The notes beneath the pieces were generated by a model. It did not search any database and had not been told where the DNA came from. It worked only from the letters and a program-made list of their open reading frames with translations. A stretch of DNA of 63,993 nt, the filler included, from Basidiobolus ranarum (Eukaryota): assembly GCA_040143965.1 (NCBI GenBank). It is 10 parts of 10 records of this genome, joined end to end, with 100 filler letters (N's around TTAATTAATTAA, not from the genome) between each part and the next. Parts side by side here need not be neighbours in the genome. Positions count along the whole stretch, not along the records: positions 1 to 6,374 come from JASJQH010008209.1; positions 6,475 to 12,847 come from JASJQH010008210.1; 8 more parts are not named here. One strand, written 5' to 3'. Positions 1 through 12,947 of the stretch are shown piece by piece (the first letter of the stretch is position 1; each line of letters opens with the position of its first letter). Made by a program: the position numbers and the translations under genes.

Positions 1-991
1 CTTAAAGAAATGTGTCACTCAGACAACTAGCAGTAGAATCGGAAAGAGAGCCCTGGAAACAATGAAGCACGCCTGAAAGCATAATCCCAATATGCCGCTC
101 GAGCAATTATTGGATACTGAAATTCATCAAACCATAAGTCGTCATACGGTGCCAATGAAGCTGTGTTAGGTAGCCTCAACCAGCATGTGTGAATTCGTAG
201 TTTCTACAAATAAATGGATTTGTATACTGAGTCGCACCACGTGGTTGGACCCATGGGAGGTTGCAGAATTGATAGTACGATATTAGCACCTTGGTTGTTT
301 GTAGTTACTGTGATAAGCCAGCTTCAGATGATACCTCAGTAATGCCTGACACCGCCTAATGATGTTGATCAGGAGTACTAGTATTTAGAGTACTGTGTTT
401 ATTGTTTGGCCGATCGAATTGCCTCTATAATTTGACAAGGCACACAGGAGAGCGAAGACTGATTGCGATTTATCATCACACTAGACCTGTCAGCCTGTTC
501 TTATTTGACGTCTGGCAAAAACTATTGTGCTACTGAAGATAAACTTTCTTGACGCATAGCCAATACTTTCTACGTAACCCAAATCTCACCTGGTTTAGCT
601 TGAATATGTGGTATAGTTCATCTGACGAGCAGGCCGTGGCAATTGACTTGAATCATGCTCTACTATATTTACTCGAATGCATTTCCAGGTGCATTACTAT
701 ATCTACCAGGCGTTGATCTAATAGAGTACATAACATTAATAGATCCAATTCAAAACCCTCCGTGTCCAATAGCCCAACTCCTACATTACCAACAAAAGCA
801 AGTTACCGCAAAATGTCCTCCAGTCTCTACTTCATAACCATCAATGACATCCGATGTCTGTGTTGGCTATTTCCATTGTCATCCTCTCCATCAAAGCAGC
901 AACCAACACTGCTCCATGAACCCATGGAAATCAAGTAAATCAACATTTATAAAACCCCGTTATATATAGAATGGTGCAATGCTTTATATTA

Positions 992-2284
992 TTATATGGT
1001 GGCAGCAACATTTCCTAGATTTAGGATCGCAGCATGAGTGAAGTTCAGCCCCTCTTGTAGGGCCCTAACTTCGATATATTCATTGTGATTATGCGCTAAA
1101 TAGGGATGGTTTCGGAAGGGGTTAATACCTATTGCTGGGATTCCGGCTGCTCGCAAGTACCGCGAGTCAGAAGCACCTACGTAGAACTCCGCGTCAATAT
1201 CGACGCCAATGTTTTGACCTGCGCTAACGATCGCATTCCACCAACCAGAATCTTTGCCATAAATATCGGTAATAATAGGAGGATCCTTGCCATGCATGTA
1301 CTCAAATGTCACGTTACTAATCTTGGCCCATAGCTCAAGACGCTCATGGAACAGCTCAGGGCGGGTCATAGCAGGGGTACCACGTATGTCGAACACAAAT
1401 TCCAATGAATCGGGAACCGTGTTTGATGCTATTCCACCCTTCAGTATAGTGAGGTTAATAGTAGTAGTATTCCCTATTGTAATTTCGGGATGCGATTTAA
1501 ACCTCAAAGCTTCATTATCGCGATACAACTTAATCAGATTCCAGAAGTGGAGCATCTTATCAGTAGCTAAATTTTCAACAAAAGTAGAGGCGTGTCCAGT
1601 GTTTCCAGTGGCCTTTACTTTTATTGCCCAAAGGGTGCGCTCACCGAAGTAAGCTTTGAAGTGACTCTCAGGGGTGGCGAGACCCTCGTCCAGCGAAAAT
1701 CCAATATTGAGGCTTTTCGACTTTTCAGACTTGACGAAACACCCCATTCCGTCGGCTCCTCCTATTTCTTCCTCTGGCATAATTGTGACATATACATTGC
1801 GCAAGGGTGTTTTCCCTTCAGCCTTGAGTAGGCGTATGGCTTCCAAGAAAAGTACTGTCATTGATTTGACATCCTGAGTCCCTCGACCAACAATGATTTG
1901 ATTCCCCTTCTCGTCAGTAGTAAGCTCACCACTGAAGGGGTCCCACTTCCACTTTTCGGTAGTAGCGGGGACAACGTCTGAGTGAGCATTGAGAACTACA
2001 CTGGGCAGCGTGGGATCAGAACCGGGCCATTTCATGATTATAATAGGTTTACCAGCCACGCACTCAAACACCTCCGTTTCAAGCCCAACTTCTGCACCAT
2101 ACTTTGTTGCAAAAGTTTTTACACTTTCATAATCGGGGGTAGGGTGAACAGATTTGATACGAACATACTCTTGCAACTTACTCACAGTTGACGTTAGAGC
2201 AGGGCTCCAGGTTTGCTGTGTATTGTTTACAGCAAAAAGGTAGGAGCTAGCAAAAGCAAAAAATAAAGAAGTAGAGCCCCTCAT
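992..2284 (-). CDS. ACY1: Aminoacylase-1-like M20 family metallopeptidase, intronless, possible N-terminal signal peptide
   Basis: 430-aa ORF with M20/ACY1 motifs NAHSDVVP, GRGTQDVKS, PEEEIGG, LDEG, GNTGHAS, SDSRYLR, HNHNEY. Confidence 0.9.
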   Translation of the reverse strand: MRGSTSLFFAFASSYLFAVNNTQQTWSPALTSTVSKLQEYVRIKSVHPTPDYESVKTFATKYGAEVGLETEVFECVAGKPIIIMKWPGSDPTLPSVVLNAHSDVVPATTEKWKWDPFSGELTTDEKGNQIIVGRGTQDVKSMTVLFLEAIRLLKAEGKTPLRNVYVTIMPEEEIGGADGMGCFVKSEKSKSLNIGFSLDEGLATPESHFKAYFGERTLWAIKVKATGNTGHASTFVENLATDKMLHFWNLIKLYRDNEALRFKSHPEITIGNTTTINLTILKGGIASNTVPDSLEFVFDIRGTPAMTRPELFHERLELWAKISNVTFEYMHGKDPPIITDIYGKDSGWWNAIVSAGQNIGVDIDAEFYVGASDSRYLRAAGIPAIGINPFRNHPYLAHNHNEYIEVRALQEGLNFTHAAILNLGNVAATI

Positions 2285-4117
2285 TTGAGCAGAAAGAATA
2301 TTGCCCTGAATGTTTTATATGGGCAATGGTGCATGGTGGCTGAGGGTTACCTACTATGTATCATCATGGCCTTTCTCAGCAAAGAGTGCATCATCGTTTC
2401 TCGAGCTTAGCTCCCTGACTTAGATCACATATGACTTGTACTTCCAAATATCATCCAAATGTTGATTTATATCGGTAACTATTCTTAATGATGGCGACAA
2501 TTTATTGGAGATGTTACCAATGGGAATCCTTGATAATTCTTAATTATTACAGCGCTGCAGATCTGTCTTATATTCGCTAACTATAGCGACAAAAGCCAAT
2601 CACATTGTAGCAACAGGGAGATGCTGAGTATACAAAATAAAACTGGCGAAGTCTGTACTGCTAAATAAGGCGCATACTATCCGAAAAAGGAGTATACTTA
2701 GTCAACCTATACAGTCTACATCGTCTGAGATATAGCGAATTGCATCGTGAAGTCGAGCGGCTGTGGGATTGCTCAGATCAGTTCGAATCTCTGGACAATC
2801 TGAACAAAGCACTGGCTTGCAACAGAAGGCATTAGATGGCTACGAGATACACCATATAGTCTAATAAATTACCTCCGTATAACCAGTAGAGCTAGAGCCC
2901 ACAGTGAAGACTCTCCAGTAGCCTATATATCTCGATTGATTTGTTGCCAGAAGATCCCATCATCGGTCACCCATAACTTAGTCCATGTGGTTTGGTGACT
3001 TAGGAATGATAGCCCAGTATTAGTAGGGCGAATGGTCACAAATATCTCATGCAATATCAGATTCAATTAGAAGGACAGTATCTGTACAATGTGATGGCAG
3101 TGTATCAAAATTGACTTGTCTTTCTTAGAATAGAGTCTTAGTCTCTAAGAAGCTCTCGTAGCTACTCCTCAACAGCCAACAAGAGCGTCCCAGTCGAGGA
3201 GTTATTCGATAAGATATTTGAATTGGTTCATTCAGTTGACTAGGAATTCATCGAATACTAGATAGAAACTTGAAGCCATAAGGCCTGTATATCAAACTGC
3301 ACATGTCCAGAACTTAACTTGTTTCTACACCAATCTTGGCCAAATTATGAGATAAGCAGGTAGCTTACACACATTTACCTTCTCTCACAACTTCTTGGCA
3401 CAGCTGGTAAGACACTTGATGTAAGTGATGGTTAAGCAAAATATAGCAAGCCAAGCATTCTAAATCGATTTCTGCACTAGTCAGAAAGGAGCGGGGATTT
3501 CCGGACGCAGTGCTGAGGAGTTACCTACACTGTGTATCGATTGTTCTACTTCACTATTTGTAGCTTCACACTGGGGAATCCACTGTCTCACTATTCATAC
3601 TCCAGAAGTATAATTTTGATTGCAACTGTCTAACGAGTATTACTTCGTTTATTCCCGAAATGCTTCAAGTTCACGATGAATTGGGATGCATCAGGAGATC
3701 TGAGATATAATATAGAAATCAACTATATATTAAGACTTGGACCGTCATGATATCGAGGGTCATGGTTATCCTGTTTAGTGTCTCATTATTCTGATACTGA
3801 TGGGCTCACCTAAGCTACAGATTAATAATATAGCTCGGTAATCAGCTGGGAATGATTTTGCGAAGATAATTGCATATATTTGGAAAGGATGTTCTAAATG
3901 AAACTTAATATGACCAATAGTGAAGAGCCACTTGAAGTCATTACCCCTGGACACATGAACTGGTCACATGAAATCAAGCAATAGTCGCGATATTTGCGGA
4001 TATTTCTTAAAACTAGATATAAGCCTTATCGTTAGTAGTTAGTTCAAGTGTGACCCTTCAACCTCATTGCCCACTCAGTTATTGACTAGCTTTTGCTTCG
4101 TAGAAGCAACAAAGACC

Positions 4118-5161
4118 ATGAGTACAATGTCAGATACCTCAGATCTTGCTTCACATTACAATAGAAAAAGTCCAGGTATGTATAAGTAATTTGAAAGTCC
4201 CTCATATGTTGCACTGACCAAGATAAATTCTATTTCTTATCCTTATCTTACTAATCTCTTGTATCACGTTATAGCGGTTAAACGCATTATGCGTGAATTA
4301 GCTGAACTTGAGAAGGAACCTTCTGCTGAATTTGTTGCTACCCCTTTAGAGTCTAACATTTTTGAGTGGCATTTCACTTTACGTGGACCTGCTGGCACAC
4401 CTTTCGAGGAGGGAAGGTATCACGGGAGACTTCTTTTACCATTTGAATATCCTTTCAAACCGCCGAATATAATGCTTCTTACTCCAAATGGACGGTTTGA
4501 AATAAACAAAAAGATCTGTTTGAGTATAACTGGATATCATCCAGAATTTTGGCAACCAGTTTGGGGAATACGACTGGCTTTACTAGCCTTAATAAGCTTT
4601 ATGCCAACTCATGGAGAAGGAGCCATCGGTGCTTTAGACTGTTCTGATGCTGATCGAAAAATAGTGGCCAAGAAATCCATAAACTGGGAGTGTAATATTT
4701 GTGGAATTAAAATGAGGGATGTTCTTCAAGAGAAGCCCGAAGGTGGAGAAAATTCCGAAACCCAGAATAATAACGATAGAAAAGTTAAAGAGGAACTAGC
4801 TAAACTGAGCTTTTCCGTTCAGTCTGCCGACCAACTAAAACAATCCGATGCTGCAAGTCGTCAAGCTAAGGCTGACATTCCACCCATATCTAGACCGAAT
4901 GATGCAACTAAAGAGGCGAGTAATGAAGCCATATCTTCGCCTAGTGAAGATGGGGTGCACCCTGCACCAACTCCAACTGTCCAGCCAACGGTTCAACTTG
5001 AGGAACAATCTTCTCAATCAGTGACAGGTAGTCCTGTGAATGCGCAGCCAGCCGTACCTAATAATCGTTGGATGCTCTCTAAAGGTGCACTTGATGTTCT
5101 TATTATCCTCTGTGCCTCAATTTTAGCCGGTTTGATTTATAGGAAAATTGATCGTGATTAA
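4118..5161 (+). CDS. UBE2J1: ER tail-anchored ubiquitin-conjugating enzyme, UBE2J1/Ubc6-type (2 exons)
   Basis: Exon 1 4118-4175, GT-AG intron 4176-4274, giving YNRKSPAVKRIMRE; UBC core with GRFEINKKICLSITGYHPEFWQP and MPTHGEGAIG; C-terminal hydrophobic anchor. Confidence 0.88.
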
Positions 5162-5464
5162 TTCATTTTCGATGGGTGCATGTACATATATACAATTATC
5201 TTTGGGTTCTCATTACAATAAACTAAAAAAATATCTTTAATTACTAGTCGTCGGCGTTTTAATGGTCTTGACATCTTCAACTCGAAACAAGGGAGGCCAG
5301 AATCTGTAAGGATGATAGTTAATTGAGCGTCTTTATTACTTCAATTAAAAACATACTATAATGATGCAAACTCAAGAATAGATGTGTGTGTGAGGGATGA
5401 GATGTTGGAGGGTTTTATGAAAGAGAAATGAGGAGAACATTGGTTTCTTTGATATTCTCAGAAT

Positions 5465-6190
5465 TTAAGCAGATTTTCCAACAACTGATTGAAGTGCTTC
5501 AAAAACTTCCTGTTCAATCTTAGCGATAGCCTTTTCTTGTTCGGAGACATTGGAGCTCAAAATTTGGTTGGCTTTGTCAAGACCTTCTTTGACAGCCTCG
5601 GCGCTGAAGTCCTCCAAAGGGAAGGCTTCCACGGCGTTGATGTTAAGAGTGGAATCAGGGTTGACAATGGCGAAACCACCGCTAACAAACCACTTTTGAG
5701 TATCTTGATCGGTGACCACTTCAAGGATACCAGGACGAAGTTGTTCGATTGAAGGAACGTGGTTGGCTAAGATACCCATATCACCAGAGGTAGAGGCAAG
5801 GTTAACCTGTTGGACAGTAGTCTTCTTGAAAAGAACCTACATGAAAAGTCAATTCTGGTTACAAATCAACTCGAAAGAAAGCCGTCAACAATAATATGTA
5901 TTCGTACCTGATGAGGAAGAACGAAGTTCAAGACAAGCTTATCGCTAGCAGCAGGAGCATCGGTAGCGTAACCACGAATGGCTGCATAAAGTACAAACAA
6001 ACGTTAATATACTGTGCTAGAGATTTCGAGTAAAGGCTACTGATAATTAACACTGAAAGGTAAAGAAAAAGTAGACAATCCTAACACAAAAAAAAACCAG
6101 TAAAGTATGAACAAAATCACTCCAAGTAATAAAAGCCGTACCGAAGCGAGCGGGTCTGATAACTCTAGTGGCTCTGGTAAGGAAGTTCAT
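5465..6190 (-). CDS. ATP16: Mitochondrial F1 ATP synthase delta subunit (3 exons)
   Basis: Exons 6190-6142, 5981-5908, 5836-5465; Arg-rich presequence MNFLTRATRVIRPARF, then LVLNFVLPHQ...GDMGILANHVPSIEQLRPG...FVSGGFAIVNPDS. Confidence 0.93.
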
Positions 6191-6374
6191 AGTGGTAAAC
6201 TATAGGTACAAAGAGTCTGTAACAAAGAGTAGCTGATAAAAGAGGGTAATCAGTAGATTGACCAATAACGTAAATCTGTTGGGAAATTCAAAAAAAACCT
6301 AGTATGCTACTCAACTCTGTTCTCACCCCTTCCGTTAGTTGCTTTCCCCAGAGTTTGTGAAGCTATTGTCCCCA

Positions 6375-6474
6375 NNNNNNNNNNNNNNNNNNNNNNNNNN
6401 NNNNNNNNNNNNNNNNNNTTAATTAATTAANNNNNNNNNNNNNNNNNNNNNNNNNNNNNNNNNNNNNNNNNNNN
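6375..6474. other. Artificial contig linker
   Basis: 44 N + TTAATTAATTAA (stops in all six frames) + 44 N. Confidence 0.99.
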
Positions 6475-6499
6475 TCTGCCTTTCTAGCCCATTACTAAT

Positions 6500-7400
6500 C
6501 GAATCTGGCATCAGATGATACCGAGTTCTGCTTAGCTAGAAATCCACGACATACCAGCGATATAAACAATATAACTGTTGCTGGTGAACGCTCAGCGTAC
6601 CTATCAAATACAGCCAGGGCCTCTCCAGTCAGTTGCCGCTCTAGGAGAGACTTGAGCGCAGCCATGCACCCTACTTCCACCAGTTATGCTATCCACTTCA
6701 AGAAGTGTGCTATGATGTACAGGACATGTATGTCTAAAATCATGTCCTAGCCAAGTTACGCATGGGTAAAGCTTAGCATGAGCTCCAGATGCTATTTGAC
6801 CATCTGTCTTGGATGCGGAATGAGCCAACCACCTGTATTTGGGTAGGTTGGATTTGTACAACGAAACCCAGTCACCATTGTCCGCTACCTCATATCCCAA
6901 GTAAGCCCAATTGACCCCAGAAACATCATAATCCAATGGTTTTTTGGGGATATCACTTGACTCGTGCATCTTTCCAATTCACCTCAAATATTCCAAACAT
7001 CTAGAGTTGCTGAAGTGGCAAAATTCTAGCTGACCCTACGCACCTGACTGGTAACATCTCACCTCAGGTATCAGAGCTTGCCAGATCAATCATCTACAAA
7101 ATGGGTTATTCGCGCATTTATCGTTCAGCGAATGAGTGTGTCTGGTGCATTGATGGACATGGATGATAGACTGCACAAGGTGGCTCACCCCGTGATACGT
7201 GATATAGGTGATGCTATGTCTTGATCATCAAATATACAAGGGATGGCATACAGCCTTCATGCTGTACACTAATCATATATGCAAAGCCAGATGATCGGAG
7301 AAGACACATCTGCTTTCCTAACAAAGCACAATCTTCTCTACTGATTGGCATCCCTACAGGTTTCAACACCTTACCTCCACTTCACCAGGTCAACAGGATG
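6500..7400 (-). mobile_element. Heavily degenerate non-LTR (LINE-like) reverse transcriptase remnant
   Basis: Broken minus-strand frames give, in RT order, VQHEGCMPSLVY (cf. QGxxLSP), THFVDD (cf. xADD) and WAYLGY (cf. YLG); many stops and frameshifts. Confidence 0.4.
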
Positions 7401-8215
7401 GTATGGTGACTGGATAAAGAGAAGTGACTTCGATCTTATCCCAGCACGGAAATGAGATATGCATGCGATTAACCTAAACAAGCAATGGCAAATGTTAGCA
7501 AGGCTGATACATGCTTCTACCTACACATCTTACTTTTAACCGAGCCACGCTATTCGTGTACACATATGTGCACATCAACACAACGCTGTATAGTAATATT
7601 GGGATTTAGAAGTATCGTCCATTACCTTTTGTCAGTGATCAGCAGTTTTTTGTGCCATTGGATGAACAAGGGACCGAGATTGCCCCAGCTCTGGCTAAAG
7701 AGAACCGTTTCCTCTTGCTGTGGACCGTGGGCGAAGACGGTCTCTATTCTAAGCGCCATACACCCATCCCAATGATCAAGGGTCTGATTTAAGAGGTTGA
7801 TACCCGAGATCATTTGGAAGATCAAAGCTTATTCATTTGTGCTTCTCGAACAATACTACTCCAATTCACGTGATGAGAACCGGTTATTTCATTCTTGTAT
7901 ATAGGCTCTAGACTTCCCCGCACAAGTGTCCAATAATTCTGTTTTAATTTCATTTACTTGTTTAGGTTTTAATAGTCTTTATTTAAAGCTTTTTCTCGTA
8001 AAGCATCATTCTTTCGTAAAAATTCACTTCACTCATACTATCGTTTAAATACTTCAACTCTTTGTATTGGTATTTGCTCGTTAAAAACCTTTAAAGCGCA
8101 ATTCCAACTTCTTATGCCACATTTTTCGTTCCTTTGTTGAACTTCATTTTGTCTCGTTAGTGTTTAAACTGTAAAAGCAATATTAGTTAGTTTAGACTTA
8201 TTTTCTCAGCTAAAT

Positions 8216-9714
8216 ATGTTGGAAATCTCATCCAAGATTGGTTATCCCCTCTCTCGAGGTAATATATTTAGGATAGACTTTGTCCACCTGACCTCCATCT
8301 CAACCTTTTTATTTTCTACAATAGGAATGGAAGAACATTCCAAGCCACGGGTAACCTTTGCTGCCTCTTTTAATCAAGTAATTGTCATTAAATTTTCCTT
8401 GGTATTATTCTTATTCTAATTCTTCCCTGTTTCAGAATCCTTCTACCGAGTCCGGAATTACTGCCACTTCATACGAACAGGAATGTCAAAGAGCAGATGC
8501 TCCTAGCCCTATTAGTGGAGTACCTGGTCAATTAACTCATGAAGGGATCCGTGCAGTAGAAGAGCTAGATAATCAAGCCCTATTTAAATCTGGATATCTA
8601 CTTAAACGTAGCACTAAGCGAAAGGTACTCTTGAGCAATACTTGTTTTTAGCTTTCGGTCATTTAATATTGGTAAATTAGATATGGAGAAAGAGATGGTT
8701 AGTCCTACGTGGGACCTCACTTGCTTGTTATAAAGATAATAAGGTTAGAAAAAAAGGAAACATTGATATGGAGAAAGTGATGGAGATATACTAAAATTTT
8801 CCTAAAGGAATATGAACTAGAGAGAATTATCGATTTATCTGAGGCCAAACAAATCCTTGAAGTCACTTGGAAAACCCGTAAGAATGTCTTTGGAATTATA
8901 GTGGATAAGAAAAAATACTATCTTCAAGCAGAGTCACGAACTCAACTTGACGAATGGCTTAATACTATGGATTATGTTTTAAGTGGTTTGATTGAAGATG
9001 ATATGCCTGAAGAGCACACTCATACTCGAAGAGGTTCTTCCGGATCCAAAATGTCAACCCATAGCAAAAGCAATTCGGATAATTCCAAAGGATACTTTCA
9101 AACGCATGATGACCCAACTAGAATCCCTTCACACCATTTAGCGCATGTCCCTAGCTACAGTCATATTTCTGAGGTCCCTAGTTCCGAGGATGACGAAGAA
9201 GCGGGTGAAATCCTTGATGAAGATGAAGAAATAGAATTGCCTGAAGGAACTGACAACAAGATACTTTTCAGCGGTTATTTGCACAAACAATGTGACATGT
9301 ATAAAGTAAGTAGTACTGTGGCTCAAGTCTTCACTATACTCTGAGATAATTATTGACTAATTTTGCTTATCAGGCTTGGCGAAAGCGTTGGTTTGTTTTG
9401 CGTAGTCATACACTATCTTATTATAAAAACGAAAAGGTAACACAAGTTGTAATATGAGCCCAAGTATCCATTATTTACATGGTTTTAAATTTTTTTAGGA
9501 GTATGTTCTCCATAAAATCATCCCAATCGACTCCATACAAGGAGCTTTTGAGAAAACCCAGACAACTTTTAAAAGCAAACGATTCTGCTTCCAACTAATT
9601 ACCCCCCAAAGAAATTATCTTATTGCTGCCGAAAATCAAGAGTCTTCTCTCGCCTGGCTACAGGCCATTAATACCGCCGTTACTCGTGCAAAATCTGAAA
9701 ACCAGCATGTATAG
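8216..9714 (+). CDS. Tandem PH-domain protein (Opy1/TAPP-like), 7 exons
   Basis: Six GT-AG introns join KSGYLLKRSTKRKIWRKRWLVLRG...YYLQAES...DEWL and FSGYLHKQCDMYKAWRKRWFVLRS...NYLIAAENQESSLAWLQAIN; stop TAG 9712-9714. Confidence 0.82.
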
Positions 9715-11110
9715 TTGGCCACCATATTTTAGTGCATTTATTATTAGTTAATTTTCTATTCACCGGTGGTTTGGCCCATCCTTTTCTCCTGAACCAACTT
9801 AAGCACCATTTGTCACCAAGTTGTATAGGAGAGGGAGGGGGATACCATGAGCTTCAGACAAAAGCAACACCAAAGCTAAGAACCCAACTGAATTTAACCT
9901 TTTCACATTGTTATTACATTATTACATCATAATTTCACCACTACTTAACTATGCTTTGACCATATATATTTTACCTTGTCCCTTTTCCCTTTGATAGAGA
10001 AATTCTACTGCATTTTTATTCGAATTGATTTTTGGAGAATCGTTTCTATCAAGTAAAACCCGTTCACTAGCTCCTGATCACATAAGCTTGAAAACCATTG
10101 GGTAAATCACCATAAAATGGCCATCTTCGTGAATGATTCTATTATCCACCAAGAACTCATTGAAAATCATTACATCAGTAAAGATCAAGAACCGAGACAA
10201 CCTCCAATCACTCTACTTTTAAAAAGAACCAAAAAAGTATCCCGAAACGAAATTTTCTAGATTATCCAAGAGAAGGTGGCTGAAATTCGATTATAAATAC
10301 AATTTTTTCACATCCCCTTATATATTTGAAAGTGCAGTAACGATTACTATTTCACCAAACTTTAATTTAATGATTTTCTATCAATTTTCCCATTGTTATC
10401 TCTACTAATCTTTGGGATATTTATCATTTTGGAAGAGGAGGCTGTGGTCAGAACCAGTCTATCATGTTTTCTCTTTGAGTGTAGAGAGCCTTGCCACTAA
10501 ATTAGTCGAACTCATTCGAAATAAAATAGGATAGTACTCTTTGTTACTTCAGATGAAATCATGTCACAGTTAAAGAAAACTTAGCCCAGGTATCGAAGAC
10601 AAGACAGAGTATATTTCAGTTCAATTCCTCAATGGTTGAAGTCAGGCAAGAAGGGTGGGAAGAGAGATAGGCAGAAAGTGAGTGTTTGTGAATATATAGA
10701 CAAATTACTAAAGATTTCTTTTGTAAAGAGGAGGTTTGTGTTTCAATGGAAGTCTTCTAAAAGACGAGTAAATACATGAAAAGTAGGTATGTCACTAATT
10801 AGTCTAATCGAAAGGAGAAAAGTGAGTATATGGGGGAGGGGTGGGGTGGATTTTTTTTTATATATGTAGACACCGTGAAAAGTGGAAACTGCCGTTGAAA
10901 TTTGGAGACGGAGTGCACGTGGAGTAAGAGTCAACCAACCTTCTATAAGAGTGCGTATATGTAAGATATATAGATTTTTGATTGATGTTTTATAATCACC
11001 TGAATCAACTTGACTGTGAACGAGAAAAACTATGTCTTTTGGGGGTGCTTAGATACCTAGATGTAACTCCAGAATTTTGGAACACTACTAGGTTTACTAC
11101 TTCGAAAAAA

Positions 11111-12794
11111 TTAATGTGCAGCTCCAATGGCCGGAAGATCAGGTCTCGGTTTGATCATAGAATGGGGCTTGAAAGGCTTATCATTGCGGCCGAATTTCCT
11201 AGGGTTCGGACGTGGTAATGTATCAACCGCAGATGTTTGATTTTCTTCTATTTCTTGGCTAGAGGTTTGTTTAGTAGAGGTTTTGGAGTTCTGGGTGGGA
11301 TTAAGTTGGCCGCAGGAGGAGTTCGTAGATTTCGTCAAAGAAGGTTTAGCTTTGTCGGCAGAGTGTTTCTCATTTCCATGTGGCTCAGATTGAGTTGGTG
11401 CTAACGTTTTTGAATGTGAACCTGGAGTTTTCGGATCTTTTGAGTATGTCCAAGGCCATTTCCCTGAATTGTTGTGTGTTTTGGCTAGGTCATTTTTGAC
11501 CTTGGCATGATCAAAGTGGTGTTTTTTTGATGGAAAAGTATACTGTTGGCACATAAAGTTCAAATCTTTTTTTTCAAATAAAACATCAGAAGCTCTCTTG
11601 AATTCTTCCCGAATCCCTTCGATACTGCATTCGTCCGCACTATTGCCGAGATTACGGTCGGGGTTAAAAGGCTCTTCTATGCAAAAGGCTCTAAAATGTC
11701 TTCCAAAGTGCCACCCTTTCTCCGCTTTAGACAGGTAGCATCCATTTCGTACGCTAATAACGTGGTGGTCGTAGTTGAATTCATAGGCAAACCTAAATCA
11801 ATCTCCATGTTAATAACAGCTGAGTGCTAGTTATAGTCTACGAAATACTTACAATCTAAAGAAATTGAACAGCAATCCCCCCAGTGTCTCCTTGTTCATA
11901 CTCCCATAATCTTTTAACGAAGTCACATCCTCATTGAATGTTGTGTCGACTCCATCAATTATGCAGGATTCCGAGGGAACATTGGTGGGCATCTGATGCA
12001 AAATAGGCAGAACCGGAGGTGATCTCATTTGTAAAAAGTTGATGATAATGTTGACCCAAGTATAGGTAGAAAGAGTTCCACCGACGCCTAATATCGATGC
12101 ACACTTAGCAAGACGCTCAATAGCTAATGTGTATAGGAAGTGCTTACCAGCATCGTTTAATACTCTACGTTTAGTCCAATGTTTGATGATCATTATGAGT
12201 GGCCTAACGCGAGGATCTAACGCCACATATGCTTTCACCAACTCGGTGTTTCGCAAAGCTATAGGGTTATTGACGTTCATATCGCATGCCAATTTACTTT
12301 GAAATACATAGAAGACATTAGTATGTTTTCATGGGTTTGGTTAGGACAGAGAGTAAATTCACTCACAGTTCTGGATCCCACATCCTTACAATAGGGACTT
12401 TGGCACCTGCGATGCAGTAAACCTTTTGCATTCCATCTAGTGGTTGATCGCTTTGTTAGTATATGATATACTCTCTATAGGACGGATTGAAGACTCACTT
12501 TTACGCATACAAGTTGCGAGGGTGTATACATTACGTAACTCCTCAAAATCAGTGACAATGCATATGTCAACATCACTAGTTAAAGTTGAAAGGCTATTTG
12601 CTGAAGAACTATATCAAAATAAGTTAACATAGTTCTTGTATGCACATAACCGAGGCTACAGAAGAGTTATCCTCAACATACCCAAACATATGAACTTTAA
12701 TGTATTTCCCGGGCCATTCCTGCTCCAGAATTTTCTGAAGCTTCTCTATTAAGGCAGCTCATCTTTGGCTGTCTTCAGAGGTAGGAAGTAATGA
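11111..12794 (-). CDS. Non-canonical poly(A)/poly(U) polymerase, CutA/Cid13/Cid1 family; 5'-truncated by contig end; contains in-frame TGA at 12759-12761
   Basis: Spliced motifs HMFGSSANSLSTLTSDVDICI, AKVPIVRMWDPE, ACDMNVNNPIALRNT, IKHWTKRRVLND, GGTLSTYTW, FCIEEPFNPDRNLGNSAD. Confidence 0.88.
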
Positions 12795-12847
12795 CTAAAA
12801 ATCATAAATTGGTCAGCTTAGCAACTTCTACTTTCAAAGTGGATTTC

Positions 12848-12947
12848 NNNNNNNNNNNNNNNNNNNNNNNNNNNNNNNNNNNNNNNNNNNNTTAATTAAT
12901 TAANNNNNNNNNNNNNNNNNNNNNNNNNNNNNNNNNNNNNNNNNNNN
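12848..12947. other. Artificial contig linker
   Basis: N44-TTAATTAATTAA-N44. Confidence 0.99.

Noticed and set aside
1106..2191. Antisense ORFs overlapping ACY1 (similarly for NRAMP, NSA2, TRX and the sugar porter)
   Set aside because: Shadow ORFs produced by codon bias on the coding strand
2768..2801. GTTCGAATC T-loop-like motif
   Set aside because: The T-stem does not pair and no other tRNA arms are present
10832..10848. G-rich run, potential G-quadruplex
   Set aside because: Only three full G-tracts; probably a C-rich low-complexity patch downstream of the nucleotidyltransferase gene
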